A stretch of DNA of 64,000 bases from Leptospirales bacterium (GCA_040326155.1 JBEQLE010000009.1:2889-66888), one strand, 5' to 3'. Numbered from the stretch's first letter, positions 9,679 through 20,696 are shown. Program-made: numbers and translations. The notes: generated by a model not told the origin, from the letters alone.

Positions 9679-11034
9679 TTACGATTTTTTTCGTACTTCG
9701 AGATGAAAGGGAATGTCTTTCCAGTTTAGTTTATTGGCTATTTGCTTTTTTAGAAAACGGAGGATGTTGTCGGGCAGTTTACTCCTGTTTGTAAAGAGAA
9801 TAAACTTCGATCTTTTGGCATCGTAGGTTATATAATTCAGTTTTACAGAGTGGGAAACTATAATGGTGTTTGTTTTCAAATCATCGAGTAGTTTATTGGC
9901 AGCCGGTGTACTGATCTTCTGACAGGATTTTTGATACAGACTGATCGCTTTTTGAACCAGGCGTATCGTTTTTTTCCCTTCATGGGCGTTGATGAAAAGG
10001 TAGGGAAAGTCCCAGTACTGTTTTTGCAGCTCTTGAATGTTGTCTTCGAGGTGTCCTTTTTGTTCTTCGTCGATCAGATCGGCTTTATTCAAGGCCATTA
10101 CAATTGGTTTACTTTCGTCTTGCACCCACTCAATAATATTTCTGTTTTGACGGTCAGCGCCTTCGGTACAGTTCAGAAGGTAGATAACTGCGTCGCATTC
10201 GGCAATCGCCTGTTGCGTTCTGGCTACTGAAAATACTTCCACCGAATCTTTTAAGGCAGTTCTTTTTCGCAGACCGGCGGTATCTAAAAGTGTAATATTA
10301 TATCCATCCAGTTGAAACTGGTCTTCTATGGTGTCGCGAGTCGTTCCGGGACGGTCAAAAACCAGGGCTCGATCTTTTTGCAGGAGGGTATTGAAAAACG
10401 TTGATTTGCCGGCATTGGGTTTACCAATAATCGCCAGACGGATTTTGGTTTCATCTATTTCCTCTACTTCATCATTTTCAAGTGTGTCTTCAGATGTCTC
10501 GTCGGATGCATCGCTTTCAACTACCAGTGAACTTCCCGGTTCAAAATGTTCCTGTATATCTTTTCTGAGGGTAGAAATATTACGGCTGTTCAAGGCTGAT
10601 ATAAAATAGGTATCCGAAAAACCAAGTTCGTAAAATTCTGCCGCTTCGGCTTCCAGCGCCGGATCGTCCACAAAGTTCACGAGCAACCAGACCGGTTTTT
10701 TCATTTTTCGAAGCAGTTCAGCCAGGCGATGCTCGTAGGGGCTTAACCCTTTTCGATGAACCACCCACAGTAAAAGACTGTACTCATCCAGTTTGGACAT
10801 AACTCTTTGTACGGCTTCTTTTGTCAGCTCATCATCTTGCAGGTTTTTTTCCGTTTCGAGTCCGGGAAAATCGGTTAATTCCCAATCGCCTTTGCCCCAG
10901 TCAACAGACTCAGTTACAAGATCTCGGGTAACTCCCGGTTCATCGAAAGTGATACTTTTTCTTTTAAAAATAAGGGCGTTAAAGAGGGCGCTTTTACCGA
11001 CGTTTTGCGCGCCAACGATTCCAATAGAGGGCAT
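9679..11034 (-). CDS. der: Ribosome biogenesis GTPase Der (EngA)
   Basis: Two tandem GTPase domains (GAQNVGKS and GKPNAGKS P-loops, NKADL) plus a KH-like C-terminus. An acidic linker separates the domains. Confidence 0.9.
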   Translation of the reverse strand: MPSIGIVGAQNVGKSALFNALIFKRKSITFDEPGVTRDLVTESVDWGKGDWELTDFPGLETEKNLQDDELTKEAVQRVMSKLDEYSLLLWVVHRKGLSPYEHRLAELLRKMKKPVWLLVNFVDDPALEAEAAEFYELGFSDTYFISALNSRNISTLRKDIQEHFEPGSSLVVESDASDETSEDTLENDEVEEIDETKIRLAIIGKPNAGKSTFFNTLLQKDRALVFDRPGTTRDTIEDQFQLDGYNITLLDTAGLRKRTALKDSVEVFSVARTQQAIAECDAVIYLLNCTEGADRQNRNIIEWVQDESKPIVMALNKADLIDEEQKGHLEDNIQELQKQYWDFPYLFINAHEGKKTIRLVQKAISLYQKSCQKISTPAANKLLDDLKTNTIIVSHSVKLNYITYDAKRSKFILFTNRSKLPDNILRFLKKQIANKLNWKDIPFHLEVRKKS

Positions 11035-11117
11035 AATTTACAATATTATAATTTGACACCGTGTAAATGCATTTTAAAAAATTGTCGATCCTCTGAATTG
11101 ATATAGAGCAATGACGT

Positions 11118-12557
11118 ATGAGTAAATCGCTACTAAAAGATATAAGTAAAAAATTACAGAGTAAAGAGATTTCACCGGTTGAACTTCTAAACTCCTACCT
11201 TGCCAAAATAGATAAACACGATGCACAAATCGGGGCCTTTGTCGGTCTTGAAAGAGAGCTCGCTTTGGACGCTGCGAAAAAAGCCGAAAATCGAATTAAC
11301 TCGGGCGCTTCGCTTTCTGAATACGACGGTATTCCTGTCGGAATTAAAGATAATATTGTCAAAAAAGGAATGCATAGTTCCTGCTCTTCTAAAATTCTGG
11401 AAGGGTATAAATCGCCCTATTCAGCGACGGTTATTGAAAAACTGGAAGCCAAAGGTTTTATACCTCTGGGAAGGCTCAATATGGACGAATTTGCCATGGG
11501 CTCTTCTACGGAAAATTCTGCATATAAAGTTACAAAAAATCCATTCGATTTGGAACGCGCTCCGGGAGGTTCTTCCGGTGGATCTGCCGCAGCTGTCGCA
11601 GCCGATCTTGTTCCTGTTGCTCTCGGGTCAGATACCGGTGGTTCCATTCGTCAACCCGCCTCGTTTACCGGAATTACCGGTTTAAAACCGACGTATGGTA
11701 CAGTTTCTCGTTATGGTCTTATTGCATTTGCTTCCAGTCTCGACCAGATCGGTCCTTTGTCCCGGTACGCTACCGATTCTCAAATTGTATACGATGCTAT
11801 TAAAGGACACGATCCAAAAGATTCCACCAGTATGACTAACGATTCATACAAAGTGGAAAAAACCGATCTATCGAAAATTAAAATCGGCGTTCCCTGGAAA
11901 ATGATCGAGAATGTCAGTCCTGAAGTGAAAGAGTCCTTTCAAAAAACAGTTGATTTTATACAGTCTGAAGTTTCCAATACTGAAATTCAAGAAATCGATC
12001 TTCCCTACCATAAATACGCGATTGCCGTATATTACCTGACCGCGACCAGTGAAGCCTCGGCCAATCTGGCTCGTTTTGACGGCGTTCGGTATGGAAACCG
12101 GGCCAAAGATGTTAAAGATCTGGCCGATCTATACGAACAAACCAGAACACAGGGTTTTGGCGATGAGGTAAAACGAAGAATTCTTCTGGGAACCTACGCT
12201 CTTTCGAGTGGTTATTATGATGCTTTTTACGGAAAAGCTCAAAAAACGAGAAGGCTTATTCGAGACGATTATGTAAATGCCTTTCAAAAAGTTGACCTGA
12301 TTCTTATGCCAACAACGCCGAGCGTTCCATTTAAAATTGGCGAAAAAACAAGCAATCCAATAGAAATGTATTTATCAGATGAATTGACAGTAGGGGCGTC
12401 GCTTGCGGGAATTTCCGCTCTTTCCGTACCCACCCCGTTCAGCAATCTTCCCATCGGAATTCAACTTCAGGGGAATTATTTTTCCGAGAACCTATTGTTC
12501 GAAGTCGCCCATAAAATTCAAGAAAAGTTTCCAACAACTTATCCGAAATTTGACTAA
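11118..12557 (+). CDS. gatA: Asp/Glu-tRNA amidotransferase subunit A
   Basis: Amidase signature GGSSGGSAAAVA...GSDTGGSIRQPA. 479 aa. Confidence 0.92.
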   Translation: MSKSLLKDISKKLQSKEISPVELLNSYLAKIDKHDAQIGAFVGLERELALDAAKKAENRINSGASLSEYDGIPVGIKDNIVKKGMHSSCSSKILEGYKSPYSATVIEKLEAKGFIPLGRLNMDEFAMGSSTENSAYKVTKNPFDLERAPGGSSGGSAAAVAADLVPVALGSDTGGSIRQPASFTGITGLKPTYGTVSRYGLIAFASSLDQIGPLSRYATDSQIVYDAIKGHDPKDSTSMTNDSYKVEKTDLSKIKIGVPWKMIENVSPEVKESFQKTVDFIQSEVSNTEIQEIDLPYHKYAIAVYYLTATSEASANLARFDGVRYGNRAKDVKDLADLYEQTRTQGFGDEVKRRILLGTYALSSGYYDAFYGKAQKTRRLIRDDYVNAFQKVDLILMPTTPSVPFKIGEKTSNPIEMYLSDELTVGASLAGISALSVPTPFSNLPIGIQLQGNYFSENLLFEVAHKIQEKFPTTYPKFD

Positions 12558-12583
12558 TTCAGTAAATATTCTAAGGCTGTAAC

Positions 12584-13891
12584 ATGAAAGATAAAATATC
12601 CACCAAACCTTATAGAGGAAGCAGAGATTTTTACCCGGACGAAATGCGTTTTCGTTCCTGGGTATTTGAAAAACTTTCAACCGTTGTGGAATCTTTTGGA
12701 TTTGAAAAAATCGACGCTCCTTTAATTGAACCCATTGAAATCTATCTGGCAAAAACTTCGGAAGAAATTGTCAGTCAGCAAATTTACTCTTTTACCGACC
12801 GGGGAGGGCGCAACGTGGCCATTCGACCCGAAATGACTCCCACCGTTGCTCGCATGGTCGCAGGCAAAATTATGGAATTACCCAAACCGATTCGGTGGTA
12901 TTCCATACCAAACCTCTGGCGGTACGAACGTCCAGGCCGGGGTCGCTTGCGAGAACATTGGCAGTTAAACGCTGATATTTTTGGAGCGAAAAACGAAGAA
13001 CATGTAGATATCGAAATAGTACAACTGGCCATCGAACTTCTAAAATCTTTCGGCGCAGACGAAACTCAATTTAAGCTATACCTAAACCACAGGCAAATAC
13101 TGAACGATGTTTTCGAGAATATTATCGCTCTAAAACCAGAAATCTGGGCGAATGTTTCTCGTATCATGGACAAAAAAGAGAAAATTTCAGAGCAGGAATA
13201 CACCGAATTCTTAACAGAACAAGGTTTAAACGAAACCCAGATCAGTATTCTAAACGAATATATGAACTCAGGTTTAGATTTTATTACCAAAAACAGTGAA
13301 AAAATAGGCCCCTCCGGCGAAGCCTTTCTAAACGTTATTTCCGCTCTTGAAAAACTGGGATACCAAAAATACATTGAGTATAACCCCGGCGTTGTTCGAG
13401 GTTTCGATTATTACACAGGCCTTGTTTTTGAAGTTTTCGATTCACACCCCGACAACGCTCGATCACTTTTCGGGGGAGGCCGGTACGACAACCTTGTCGG
13501 TACATTTTCCAAACAAAGCATTAATGCTGTTGGCTTTGGCATGGGCGACGTTACGTTTGCTGAATTCTTAAAACTACACAATTTAATTCCCGAAACCAAT
13601 CGAAAAACCCAGATCTACTTCGCCTCGTTTGCAGAAAAAGAGCTGCGAATTGAATCGCTGAAACTGGCCATGGACCTGCGCAACAAAGGTTATTTCGTAG
13701 AAAACTGTTCCGGAGACAAAAAACTTACCCGTCAGTTCGAAGAAGCTAACGCAAAATCCATTCCCGTCGTTTTACTACAAGGCGAACAGGAAGTTCAAGA
13801 TAAAACTATCGCCATTAAAAACATGTCAACAGGCGAACAAACCACCGTTCCTATCGAAACTCTTGAAAACGAGTTAGAAAAAATATTTTAG
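12584..13891 (+). CDS. hisS: Histidine--tRNA ligase
   Basis: RGSRDFYPDE, FTDRGGR...RPEMT, YERPGRGRLREHWQ and GGGRYD class II motifs, with an anticodon-binding C-terminus. Confidence 0.92.
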   Translation: MKDKISTKPYRGSRDFYPDEMRFRSWVFEKLSTVVESFGFEKIDAPLIEPIEIYLAKTSEEIVSQQIYSFTDRGGRNVAIRPEMTPTVARMVAGKIMELPKPIRWYSIPNLWRYERPGRGRLREHWQLNADIFGAKNEEHVDIEIVQLAIELLKSFGADETQFKLYLNHRQILNDVFENIIALKPEIWANVSRIMDKKEKISEQEYTEFLTEQGLNETQISILNEYMNSGLDFITKNSEKIGPSGEAFLNVISALEKLGYQKYIEYNPGVVRGFDYYTGLVFEVFDSHPDNARSLFGGGRYDNLVGTFSKQSINAVGFGMGDVTFAEFLKLHNLIPETNRKTQIYFASFAEKELRIESLKLAMDLRNKGYFVENCSGDKKLTRQFEEANAKSIPVVLLQGEQEVQDKTIAIKNMSTGEQTTVPIETLENELEKIF

Positions 13892-13904
13892 AAACTAACT
13901 TTCC

Positions 13905-14393
13905 TTACGGATACGCCTGAATCGTAATTTTCTCTTTCGCCTTTTCGGCCGATATTACAGCAAAAATATTTCCATCGGGCCAATCCTTTGGAATAAGTAA
14001 ATCATTACGATAAATAGCCGAGCCGGTCGAACTAAGTTCCCTGGATTCTTCAAATAGTACTTCGTTGTTTGGGCCTTTAATAACCCATGATACAGATACA
14101 GGAACGCCAATACCAGCGATATCTTCCATATCAACAATGATTTTCAGTTCACAGCTGCTTTCTTCGCAAGAAGCCGAAAGCGTCCAGTTTTTCCACTCGA
14201 TATTTTCAATATCCTCTTCCCCCGAATTAAAACTGCCTTTGGTTATATATACAAAAAGTATTGCCAGCAAAACCAATAAAAACACATCTAGCAATAACAA
14301 TTTACGTCCGCCACTTAAACGAGTTTGTCTTTTCTGGTCGTCATCTTTATGGTCCTTTATAAATTCCTTCGGTGATTTGCTGTGATATTTCAT
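13905..14393 (-). CDS. Hypothetical single-pass membrane protein
   Basis: Basic N-terminus, one TM (LLLLDVFLLVLLAILFVYI), 4-nt overlap with the upstream nnr stop. Confidence 0.5.
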   Translation of the reverse strand: MKYHSKSPKEFIKDHKDDDQKRQTRLSGGRKLLLLDVFLLVLLAILFVYITKGSFNSGEEDIENIEWKNWTLSASCEESSCELKIIVDMEDIAGIGVPVSVSWVIKGPNNEVLFEESRELSSTGSAIYRNDLLIPKDWPDGNIFAVISAEKAKEKITIQAYP

Positions 14394-15979
14394 ATGCCTT
14401 CCTTCCAGGTTTTTCTTAATTGATCCATTAAATCAGACGGTTGCAAAAAATCTTTTTTTAACACAGACACTGTCCCATCAGATTTTTTACCTATTGTTTC
14501 GGTAAAATCGTTAGCTGCTTTCAAATACAAATGTAAACCAGCTTCTATACCTTTTTTATAACCCATTCGCAAAATAGAGTTTGCTAAAACTCCGGTAAGT
14601 ACATCCCCGGTTCCGCCGACAGCAAGTTCAAAATGTTTAGAATTCACATAGATCTCTTCGCGATCATCAGCAAAAATTAAAAGACCACCGGGCCCTTTTA
14701 AATACACATTTGCATTATACTCTTTTGAAATATTCAAAGCTGCTTCTCGAATATTGGTAACCTCTTTCAATAATAACTTTCTGGCTTCCTCTTTATGTGG
14801 TGTAAGAGTTAAAGAAACAAGTGAGTGGTTTTGTAAAATACTTTTAACTTTGGAAAGCTTAGAAAGAGCTGAACCATCAATTATTATATGAAGATTCTCT
14901 AAATTGCAAATTCGATTCCAAAATTCAAGTGATACCTCTTCACGCAAACCGGGTCCAATAATCAACACTTGCTCTCTTTTTTTTCCCTCTATAATATTTA
15001 ATACTTTATCTTCAGCCTCCGATATCGTAGAAACGGAAGAAACCATGTATTCAGGTGACTCATTTAATACATTTGAAATTACGGGTGAAGTCGAAACAAT
15101 TCGCATCAAACCACCACCAAGAGCGCCGAAAGCGCGAGCGGCCATAATGGCTGCGCCTTCCATTTCAGAACTACCCCCAAACACCGTTACAATACCGGAC
15201 GAATATTTATGAGAACCTTGCTTCCGCATTGGAATCATAGGAACCATAGAAACCATAGGAATCTCATTTAGAAAACGCCGGGCAGGGTGGTTCATCGGAA
15301 AAAAACCAATGGGAAACAGATGGACATTTCCAGAATACATTATACCAGGCTCCAACAAATGGCCAATTTTATACGAACCGAAAGTATATGTATAATGAGC
15401 ATCAAAAACGGTATGGTTAAAAACATCACCACCAGCAAAAACTCCACTGGAAATATCCACAGCAATTCGAATAATATCCGAAAGACCATTCAACGAAGAA
15501 AAAACAGTTTGCAGCAAAGCGGAAGGTTCTTTATTTAAACCAGAGCCAAATAAAGCATCAATGACTACATCATTTTTTTGCAAAACCACATCCATGTTTT
15601 CCGAAAAATTATCGATAGTTCGACATTCAATTTCTCGAATATCTTTTAAAGATAAACAAAGCTCACAATAATAAACCGAATCTTCCGTAACCGGAGGTTT
15701 CAACTGCCAGATAATCGCTTTTTTATTAAATGCCGATAAAATATGCCAGAGAATAACATATCCATCCCCGCCATTATTACCCGGTCCCGCTAACAGATGA
15801 ATCGTTTCAGCCCTGCGAAAAAAAGAACTGTTTAAAAGATGTAAAAATACGCTGTATCCGGCCCAACCCATAAGCAGACGCGACTCAACTCCTTTTTTTT
15901 GAATAGAGAAATCGTCCCAGGCTTGAGCTTCGGTATGATTTAATATTGGAAATTCATTTGTATTAATATTTAATGCCAT
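14390..15979 (-). CDS. nnr: Bifunctional NAD(P)H-hydrate repair enzyme (epimerase/ADP-dependent dehydratase)
   Basis: YjeF_N motif GPGNNGGDGYV in the N-terminal half. The carbohydrate-kinase-like C-terminal half ends with GGTGDVLTGV. Confidence 0.85.
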   Translation of the reverse strand: MALNINTNEFPILNHTEAQAWDDFSIQKKGVESRLLMGWAGYSVFLHLLNSSFFRRAETIHLLAGPGNNGGDGYVILWHILSAFNKKAIIWQLKPPVTEDSVYYCELCLSLKDIREIECRTIDNFSENMDVVLQKNDVVIDALFGSGLNKEPSALLQTVFSSLNGLSDIIRIAVDISSGVFAGGDVFNHTVFDAHYTYTFGSYKIGHLLEPGIMYSGNVHLFPIGFFPMNHPARRFLNEIPMVSMVPMIPMRKQGSHKYSSGIVTVFGGSSEMEGAAIMAARAFGALGGGLMRIVSTSPVISNVLNESPEYMVSSVSTISEAEDKVLNIIEGKKREQVLIIGPGLREEVSLEFWNRICNLENLHIIIDGSALSKLSKVKSILQNHSLVSLTLTPHKEEARKLLLKEVTNIREAALNISKEYNANVYLKGPGGLLIFADDREEIYVNSKHFELAVGGTGDVLTGVLANSILRMGYKKGIEAGLHLYLKAANDFTETIGKKSDGTVSVLKKDFLQPSDLMDQLRKTWKEGI

Positions 15980-17088
15980 TCGTAAACTTCAAAAGTACGA
16001 TTAAACACTCGTATTCCGATAATATTTCCCGATAAAGTTGCGTATAAAGAGCGCCAGTTTGGCCGTTTACCAAATAATTCAACTTGTAGACTTTTTGTAA
16101 TATCGCCTTCACTCGTATAAATACCAAGACGAATTTTGGAAGGGTCCAGAGTTCTCCAGATAAAAAGATTGTTCCCATTGGGTATATATGGATAATCTTC
16201 GGGGTCATTTAATTTTTCAAATACGACACTTTTTGCAGTAGATGTATAGTTAAATAGAACAAACTTTCGATATAAAAATGCATAATTGGATTTATCCGAC
16301 TTTTTATTAGATATTTTTTCAACTTTACCAACCATTAAAATTTCCTCGCCATTTTCAACCGGGTACATCAATTCACAACCGGAAAGAGTATTGCCCGTAG
16401 AATTTTCAATCTGATCTGCAAATAAAACACGTTCACAATCTTTCTGAGACAGCGAAACGATATTCTCGCCATCGGAATATCGATCAAGTTGTAATTCTCC
16501 CAGGTGACGATGCAGCACCCATAAATTATTTTCTGAATCTATATCCATCCAGGAAATCGACTCAAAAGGAAGTTCCTCTTTGCCTTCACGTCCAATAAGA
16601 TCCAGCATATTACCTTTCACATCATATTGAATAATTTTATAAAAACCAATTCCTTCTTCATCCTGCTGGTCACGCTCTGCGGGAGAATAGTTGAGAACAT
16701 AAAAATCATCATTATTACCCGCAATGATCATTCCAGGAATATCAAGATTTGAACTTGAAATAACTTCCACAGAATTTTCATTTCCTACAGCAGCAAATTC
16801 GTTCTCATCAACGACAACATTTTCATTATGAATAACCACAGAAAGGTTTTCACCTTTAAAAATTTTTATCCTCTTTTTTCGTGTTTCCGAAACAATAAGC
16901 CAATCGCCGGAAATTCCAATGCGCGAAGGAATTCCATGGTAAATACCATGGTGTCTGGGAAAATCTAAAGACTCTGGTTCTTCACCAATTGGTATGGCGA
17001 ATACACGTTCAGGTTCAAGTTTGGTTACTTTAAAGCGAGAACAATATAGACTGGAAAAAATCAATAATAATAGAGTAAATTTCTTCAT
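15970..17088 (-). CDS. Hypothetical secreted protein/lipoprotein, beta-rich
   Basis: Signal peptide MKKFTLLLLIFSSLYC. The ATG at 17088 forms an ATGA overlap with the upstream stop (the track start at 17097 is a TTG). Confidence 0.55.
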   Translation of the reverse strand: MKKFTLLLLIFSSLYCSRFKVTKLEPERVFAIPIGEEPESLDFPRHHGIYHGIPSRIGISGDWLIVSETRKKRIKIFKGENLSVVIHNENVVVDENEFAAVGNENSVEVISSSNLDIPGMIIAGNNDDFYVLNYSPAERDQQDEEGIGFYKIIQYDVKGNMLDLIGREGKEELPFESISWMDIDSENNLWVLHRHLGELQLDRYSDGENIVSLSQKDCERVLFADQIENSTGNTLSGCELMYPVENGEEILMVGKVEKISNKKSDKSNYAFLYRKFVLFNYTSTAKSVVFEKLNDPEDYPYIPNGNNLFIWRTLDPSKIRLGIYTSEGDITKSLQVELFGKRPNWRSLYATLSGNIIGIRVFNRTFEVYEWH

Positions 17089-18068
17089 GAAAACCAACCT
17101 TTGTTTACTTTATGATTTTTTGGTAACATCTCGGACTGGTATTTAAAATCAAGAAAAAATTCATTTAAAAATGAGAAAATATAATGAATTACCTTATCAC
17201 GAATTTGTTCATGTGTCATTAATTCATGTCGTGTAGACACTTTATCTTCAATTTCAAACATATAAGCTCTTTTTTCCATCGATCCGAGTTTACGAAAAAT
17301 ATAATGCATATTTTCTGAGTTCACTGTCCAGTCATTGGATGCATGAATTAAGCACACCGGAACCTTAATATCTTTTAAATATTTTTTTACTTTACCAATA
17401 TTAGTTCGAAAAGAATGCAATGGAGGCAGGGAATACGCTTCATTATAAGATACTGTAGGGTTCATTATATCAGCTGAAACTACATCCCTTTTTTTAGAAA
17501 CGGGAGGTAAAATATATTTACCAATTCCGGTAAACATTAATCGCCAATCTCGCATAAAAATAGATTGATTTAAAATACCGTTCAATTGAACCGGCGAAGA
17601 AATTAAAACAAGAGCGGAAGGGGCAACGGTGTCTTTATATTGAATTGCAAGTCTCAACGCAAGATTTCCACCCAGTGAAAAACCCACAATAAAAAAGTTT
17701 TTATATTTAGGTCTTTCTCGAACATAAATACGCCGCACCGCTTCATACCAATGTTCATAACGAGTTTTAGACAACTCCACTAAAGACGTTCCGTGACCAG
17801 GCAAAAGTGGGCAAAGTACCGAATGATCTTTCGCTTTTAATATATCTCCAATTTGACGAAGGCTGTATGGTGAAGACTCGTATCCATGAATAAGCAAAAA
17901 AGCAGAATCCGACTGACCTTCAAAAAAAAAAGGTTCTGCTCCTTTTAAAAGAGAATCTTTTGGTGGGGGGTCTTGAAAATCATCAGAATTAATTGTTTCG
18001 GCAAAACCGTGCCAGCTGAAATACCCGATTATGGCAACAATAATACCGACGATTATTAAATATATCAT
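17085..18068 (-). CDS. Alpha/beta hydrolase (esterase/lysophospholipase-like), membrane-anchored
   Basis: N-terminal TM, HGYESSP oxyanion region, nucleophile elbow GFSLGG, and a late SNDW...H region. Confidence 0.75.
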   Translation of the reverse strand: MIYLIIVGIIVAIIGYFSWHGFAETINSDDFQDPPPKDSLLKGAEPFFFEGQSDSAFLLIHGYESSPYSLRQIGDILKAKDHSVLCPLLPGHGTSLVELSKTRYEHWYEAVRRIYVRERPKYKNFFIVGFSLGGNLALRLAIQYKDTVAPSALVLISSPVQLNGILNQSIFMRDWRLMFTGIGKYILPPVSKKRDVVSADIMNPTVSYNEAYSLPPLHSFRTNIGKVKKYLKDIKVPVCLIHASNDWTVNSENMHYIFRKLGSMEKRAYMFEIEDKVSTRHELMTHEQIRDKVIHYIFSFLNEFFLDFKYQSEMLPKNHKVNKGWFS

Positions 18069-19501
18069 TTCTTGATTTTTTCCAAAAGCAATTTATTCAC
18101 CATCTGGGGATTAGCCTTACCTTTCGATTTTTTCATAATTTGCCCGACAAGAAACCCGATCGCACGATCTTTTCCATCCAGATAAGATTGCACCGAATCA
18201 GGATTTTCTGCAATAGCTTCGTTAACAAACTTTTCAATTTCCCCTGTGTCTACTATTTGAACCAACCCTTTTTCTTCAATGATTTTTTTAGGATTCTTCT
18301 CCGTTTCAATCATTTCCTGAAAAACAGTTTTGGCAATCTTTCCGGAAATTGTACCAGATTCAATTTCACCAATTAATTCAGCAAGATAATCGGGAGAAAA
18401 AAGTTCATCGAGTTCACAAAAACGTTCCCCGGTTATAGCCATCATTTCGGCCATAATCCAATTCGAAGCTTTTTTTGCGGGAGCGCCCAATTTAACAACT
18501 TTCTCAAAATAGTCTGAAGATTTTCTTTTAACAGTCAATACGCCAGCATCATATGGCGGTAAACTATATTCTTTTGTAAAACGAACTTTCTTTTCATGCG
18601 CAAGTTCAGGAAGATTATTCTTTAATTCTTCAATCTTTTCAGGTGTTAAATGAACCATCACAAGATCGGGTTCTGGAAAATAGCGATAATCATGAGCTTC
18701 TTCTTTAGAACGCATAGACTCAGTTTGCAAAAGAGTGGCATTCCAAAGACGGGTTTCTTGAACCACTTTTTCGCCAGAGTCAAGTATATCCGTTTGGCGT
18801 AATATTTCATGTTCAATAGCAGCCCTAATTGCTTTAAATGAATTTAAGTTTTTAATTTCAGCGCGTGTACCAAGTTTTTCAGTTCCTTCCGGTCGAATGG
18901 AAATATTGGCATCTGCGCGTAAAGAGCCTTGTTCCATATTACAATCAGAAATTTCAATATATTCCATAATACTTTTAAGCTTTTCAAGATATAAAACAGC
19001 CTCATCCGCATTATCAATTTCAGGTTCCGATACAATTTCACAAAGAGGGGTTCCAGCTCGATTCAAATCAACATAACTTTCTTGAATGGAGGAATTTTCC
19101 GAATGCATTAACTTGCCGGCATCTTCTTCTATATGAATTCTGGTAACTCCGATTGTTTTAACCGTTCCATCTTTCTTTTCAATATCAATTTTTCCATGTT
19201 CACAATAAGGAATTTCAAATTGAGTTATCTGATACGCTTTGGGCGAATCTGGATAAAAATAGTTTTTTCGATCAAATCGAGACTTAGCATTAATATTAGC
19301 TTCTATGGCAAGTCCGGCCTGAACTGCCTTTAATAGAACAGATTCATTGAAGACAGGAAGGGCGCCAGGTAGTCCCAGGCAAACAGGACAAGTATTTGAA
19401 TTTGGGGGGTCCCCGAAGGAGGTTTTACACCCGCAAAAAACTTTAGATTTGGTATTCAATTGTACGTGAACTTCCAATCCAATGGTTGGTATATACGACA
19501 T
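18065..19501 (-). CDS. gatB: Asp/Glu-tRNA amidotransferase subunit B
   Basis: MSYIPTIGLEVHVQLN is the canonical GatB start (ATG at 19501). The track N-terminal extension is hydrophobic junk. A GatB/YqeY C-terminal domain is present. Confidence 0.92.
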   Translation of the reverse strand: MSYIPTIGLEVHVQLNTKSKVFCGCKTSFGDPPNSNTCPVCLGLPGALPVFNESVLLKAVQAGLAIEANINAKSRFDRKNYFYPDSPKAYQITQFEIPYCEHGKIDIEKKDGTVKTIGVTRIHIEEDAGKLMHSENSSIQESYVDLNRAGTPLCEIVSEPEIDNADEAVLYLEKLKSIMEYIEISDCNMEQGSLRADANISIRPEGTEKLGTRAEIKNLNSFKAIRAAIEHEILRQTDILDSGEKVVQETRLWNATLLQTESMRSKEEAHDYRYFPEPDLVMVHLTPEKIEELKNNLPELAHEKKVRFTKEYSLPPYDAGVLTVKRKSSDYFEKVVKLGAPAKKASNWIMAEMMAITGERFCELDELFSPDYLAELIGEIESGTISGKIAKTVFQEMIETEKNPKKIIEEKGLVQIVDTGEIEKFVNEAIAENPDSVQSYLDGKDRAIGFLVGQIMKKSKGKANPQMVNKLLLEKIKK

Positions 19502-19663
19502 AAACCAGGCTTCATCTAAGAAATACAATGTCAAAAGATTTTGCATAATCTGGTCAGAACCGGTAAATTTCAATAAAAAATAAAAAAAAGTTAACAATTC
19601 CTAAATAAGTGAAAATAATAACGAATTTTGCACATTATAGTTAATACAAAGCAAAGGATCCAT

Positions 19664-20350
19664 ATGCCACTATATTTAAAAAGCAGCTCAAATATTAAAA
19701 TTTTAGAATTACCGCTAAAAGAAAGACCAAGAGAAAAAATACGTAATAAAGGTATTGAATCATTAACGAATCGAGAATTAATAGCGACAATTTTAGGTAA
19801 AGGTACAAAAAAGAATTCCGTTATGAATATGGCAAATCTAATAACCAATATTATTGAAAAACATGGAATAGACGATCTAATTCATAATCTTGCTGGAATT
19901 CATGGCCTGGGCGAGGCAAAAATATTTACCCTTTGCGCATGTTTTGAATTTTCACGTAGATTTTTTAAACCAGATAAACACATAATTCATCATCCTGAAG
20001 ATATTTTCCATTGGGTAAAAGAATATTCAAAACAAAAACAGGAGTATTTTATTGTGTTTAGTTTAAACGGCGCAAACGAAATTTTAATGAGAAGAATTGT
20101 TACCATTGGTTTATTAAATAGTTCGCAAATACACCCTAGAGAAGTTTTTGCAGATCCGATTACAGATCGAGCGGCAGCAATTATTCTGGCCCATAATCAT
20201 CCTTCAGGAATTTCTGAAGCCAGTCCAGAAGATATTCAGATAACGCAAAAACTTAAAGCAGCTGGCGATATTCTAGGTATTCCAATTTTAGATCATATTA
20301 TATTTTCACAAACAGGGTTTTCAAGCATGTTGGAAGAAGGTTTAATGTAA
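19664..20350 (+). CDS. radC: RadC-like JAB-domain protein
   Basis: HhH-like N-terminus (ELIATILGKGTK), JAMM-like HNHPSG...SPEDI motif. AAGGA lies before the ATG at 19664. Confidence 0.85.
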   Translation: MPLYLKSSSNIKILELPLKERPREKIRNKGIESLTNRELIATILGKGTKKNSVMNMANLITNIIEKHGIDDLIHNLAGIHGLGEAKIFTLCACFEFSRRFFKPDKHIIHHPEDIFHWVKEYSKQKQEYFIVFSLNGANEILMRRIVTIGLLNSSQIHPREVFADPITDRAAAIILAHNHPSGISEASPEDIQITQKLKAAGDILGIPILDHIIFSQTGFSSMLEEGLM

Positions 20351-20566
20351 AATATAATGTAATTTAAATGTAGTTATACTTTCATTATTATGTGGATATC
20401 TTATCGATATTATGTGATTTTCCACATTGCTAAATCTAATCAACAGATTATTTAAATCAATTTCTAAACTTTGTGTATTACTTAAAACTCTGTGGATGAA
20501 CATTGGAAAATACTCTTCAATATTCATACTTTCTTCTTTATATAAGATCCAGATAGGGTTTTCCAC
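20342..20566 (-). CDS. Doubtful small ORF (74 aa, GTG start)
   Basis: Only an open frame with GGTGA upstream. No recognisable motif. It overlaps the radC stop by 9 nt. Listed for completeness. Confidence 0.2.
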   Translation of the reverse strand: MENPIWILYKEESMNIEEYFPMFIHRVLSNTQSLEIDLNNLLIRFSNVENHIISIRYPHNNESITTFKLHYILH

Positions 20567-20593
20567 ATATTCACCAGGGTATTATATATTATA

Positions 20594-20628
20594 TTATATA
20601 ACAAACTATTATATATAATGTTATATAA
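20594..20628. repeat. AT-rich inverted repeat (9-bp arms, 17-nt spacer)
   Basis: ttatataac (20594-20602) and gttatataa (20620-20628) are exact reverse complements. Confidence 0.7.
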
Positions 20629-20646
20629 TACTAATTAGTGAATAAT

Positions 20647-20696
20647 GCGGGGAAAAAAGGTAAATTCTCTATATTGATGATCGATTTTCCCCCCGC
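20647..20696. other. G/C-clamped long-loop hairpin
   Basis: gcggggaaaa (20647-20656) pairs with ttttccccccgc (20685-20696, two extra C). 28-nt loop. No flanking U-run on either strand. Confidence 0.5.

Noticed and set aside
19502-19597. The N-terminal 32-codon extension of gatB given in the ORF track.
   Set aside because: The canonical GatB N-terminus (MSYIPTIGLEVH) begins at the internal ATG at 19501. The extension is hydrophobic and unlike any GatB.
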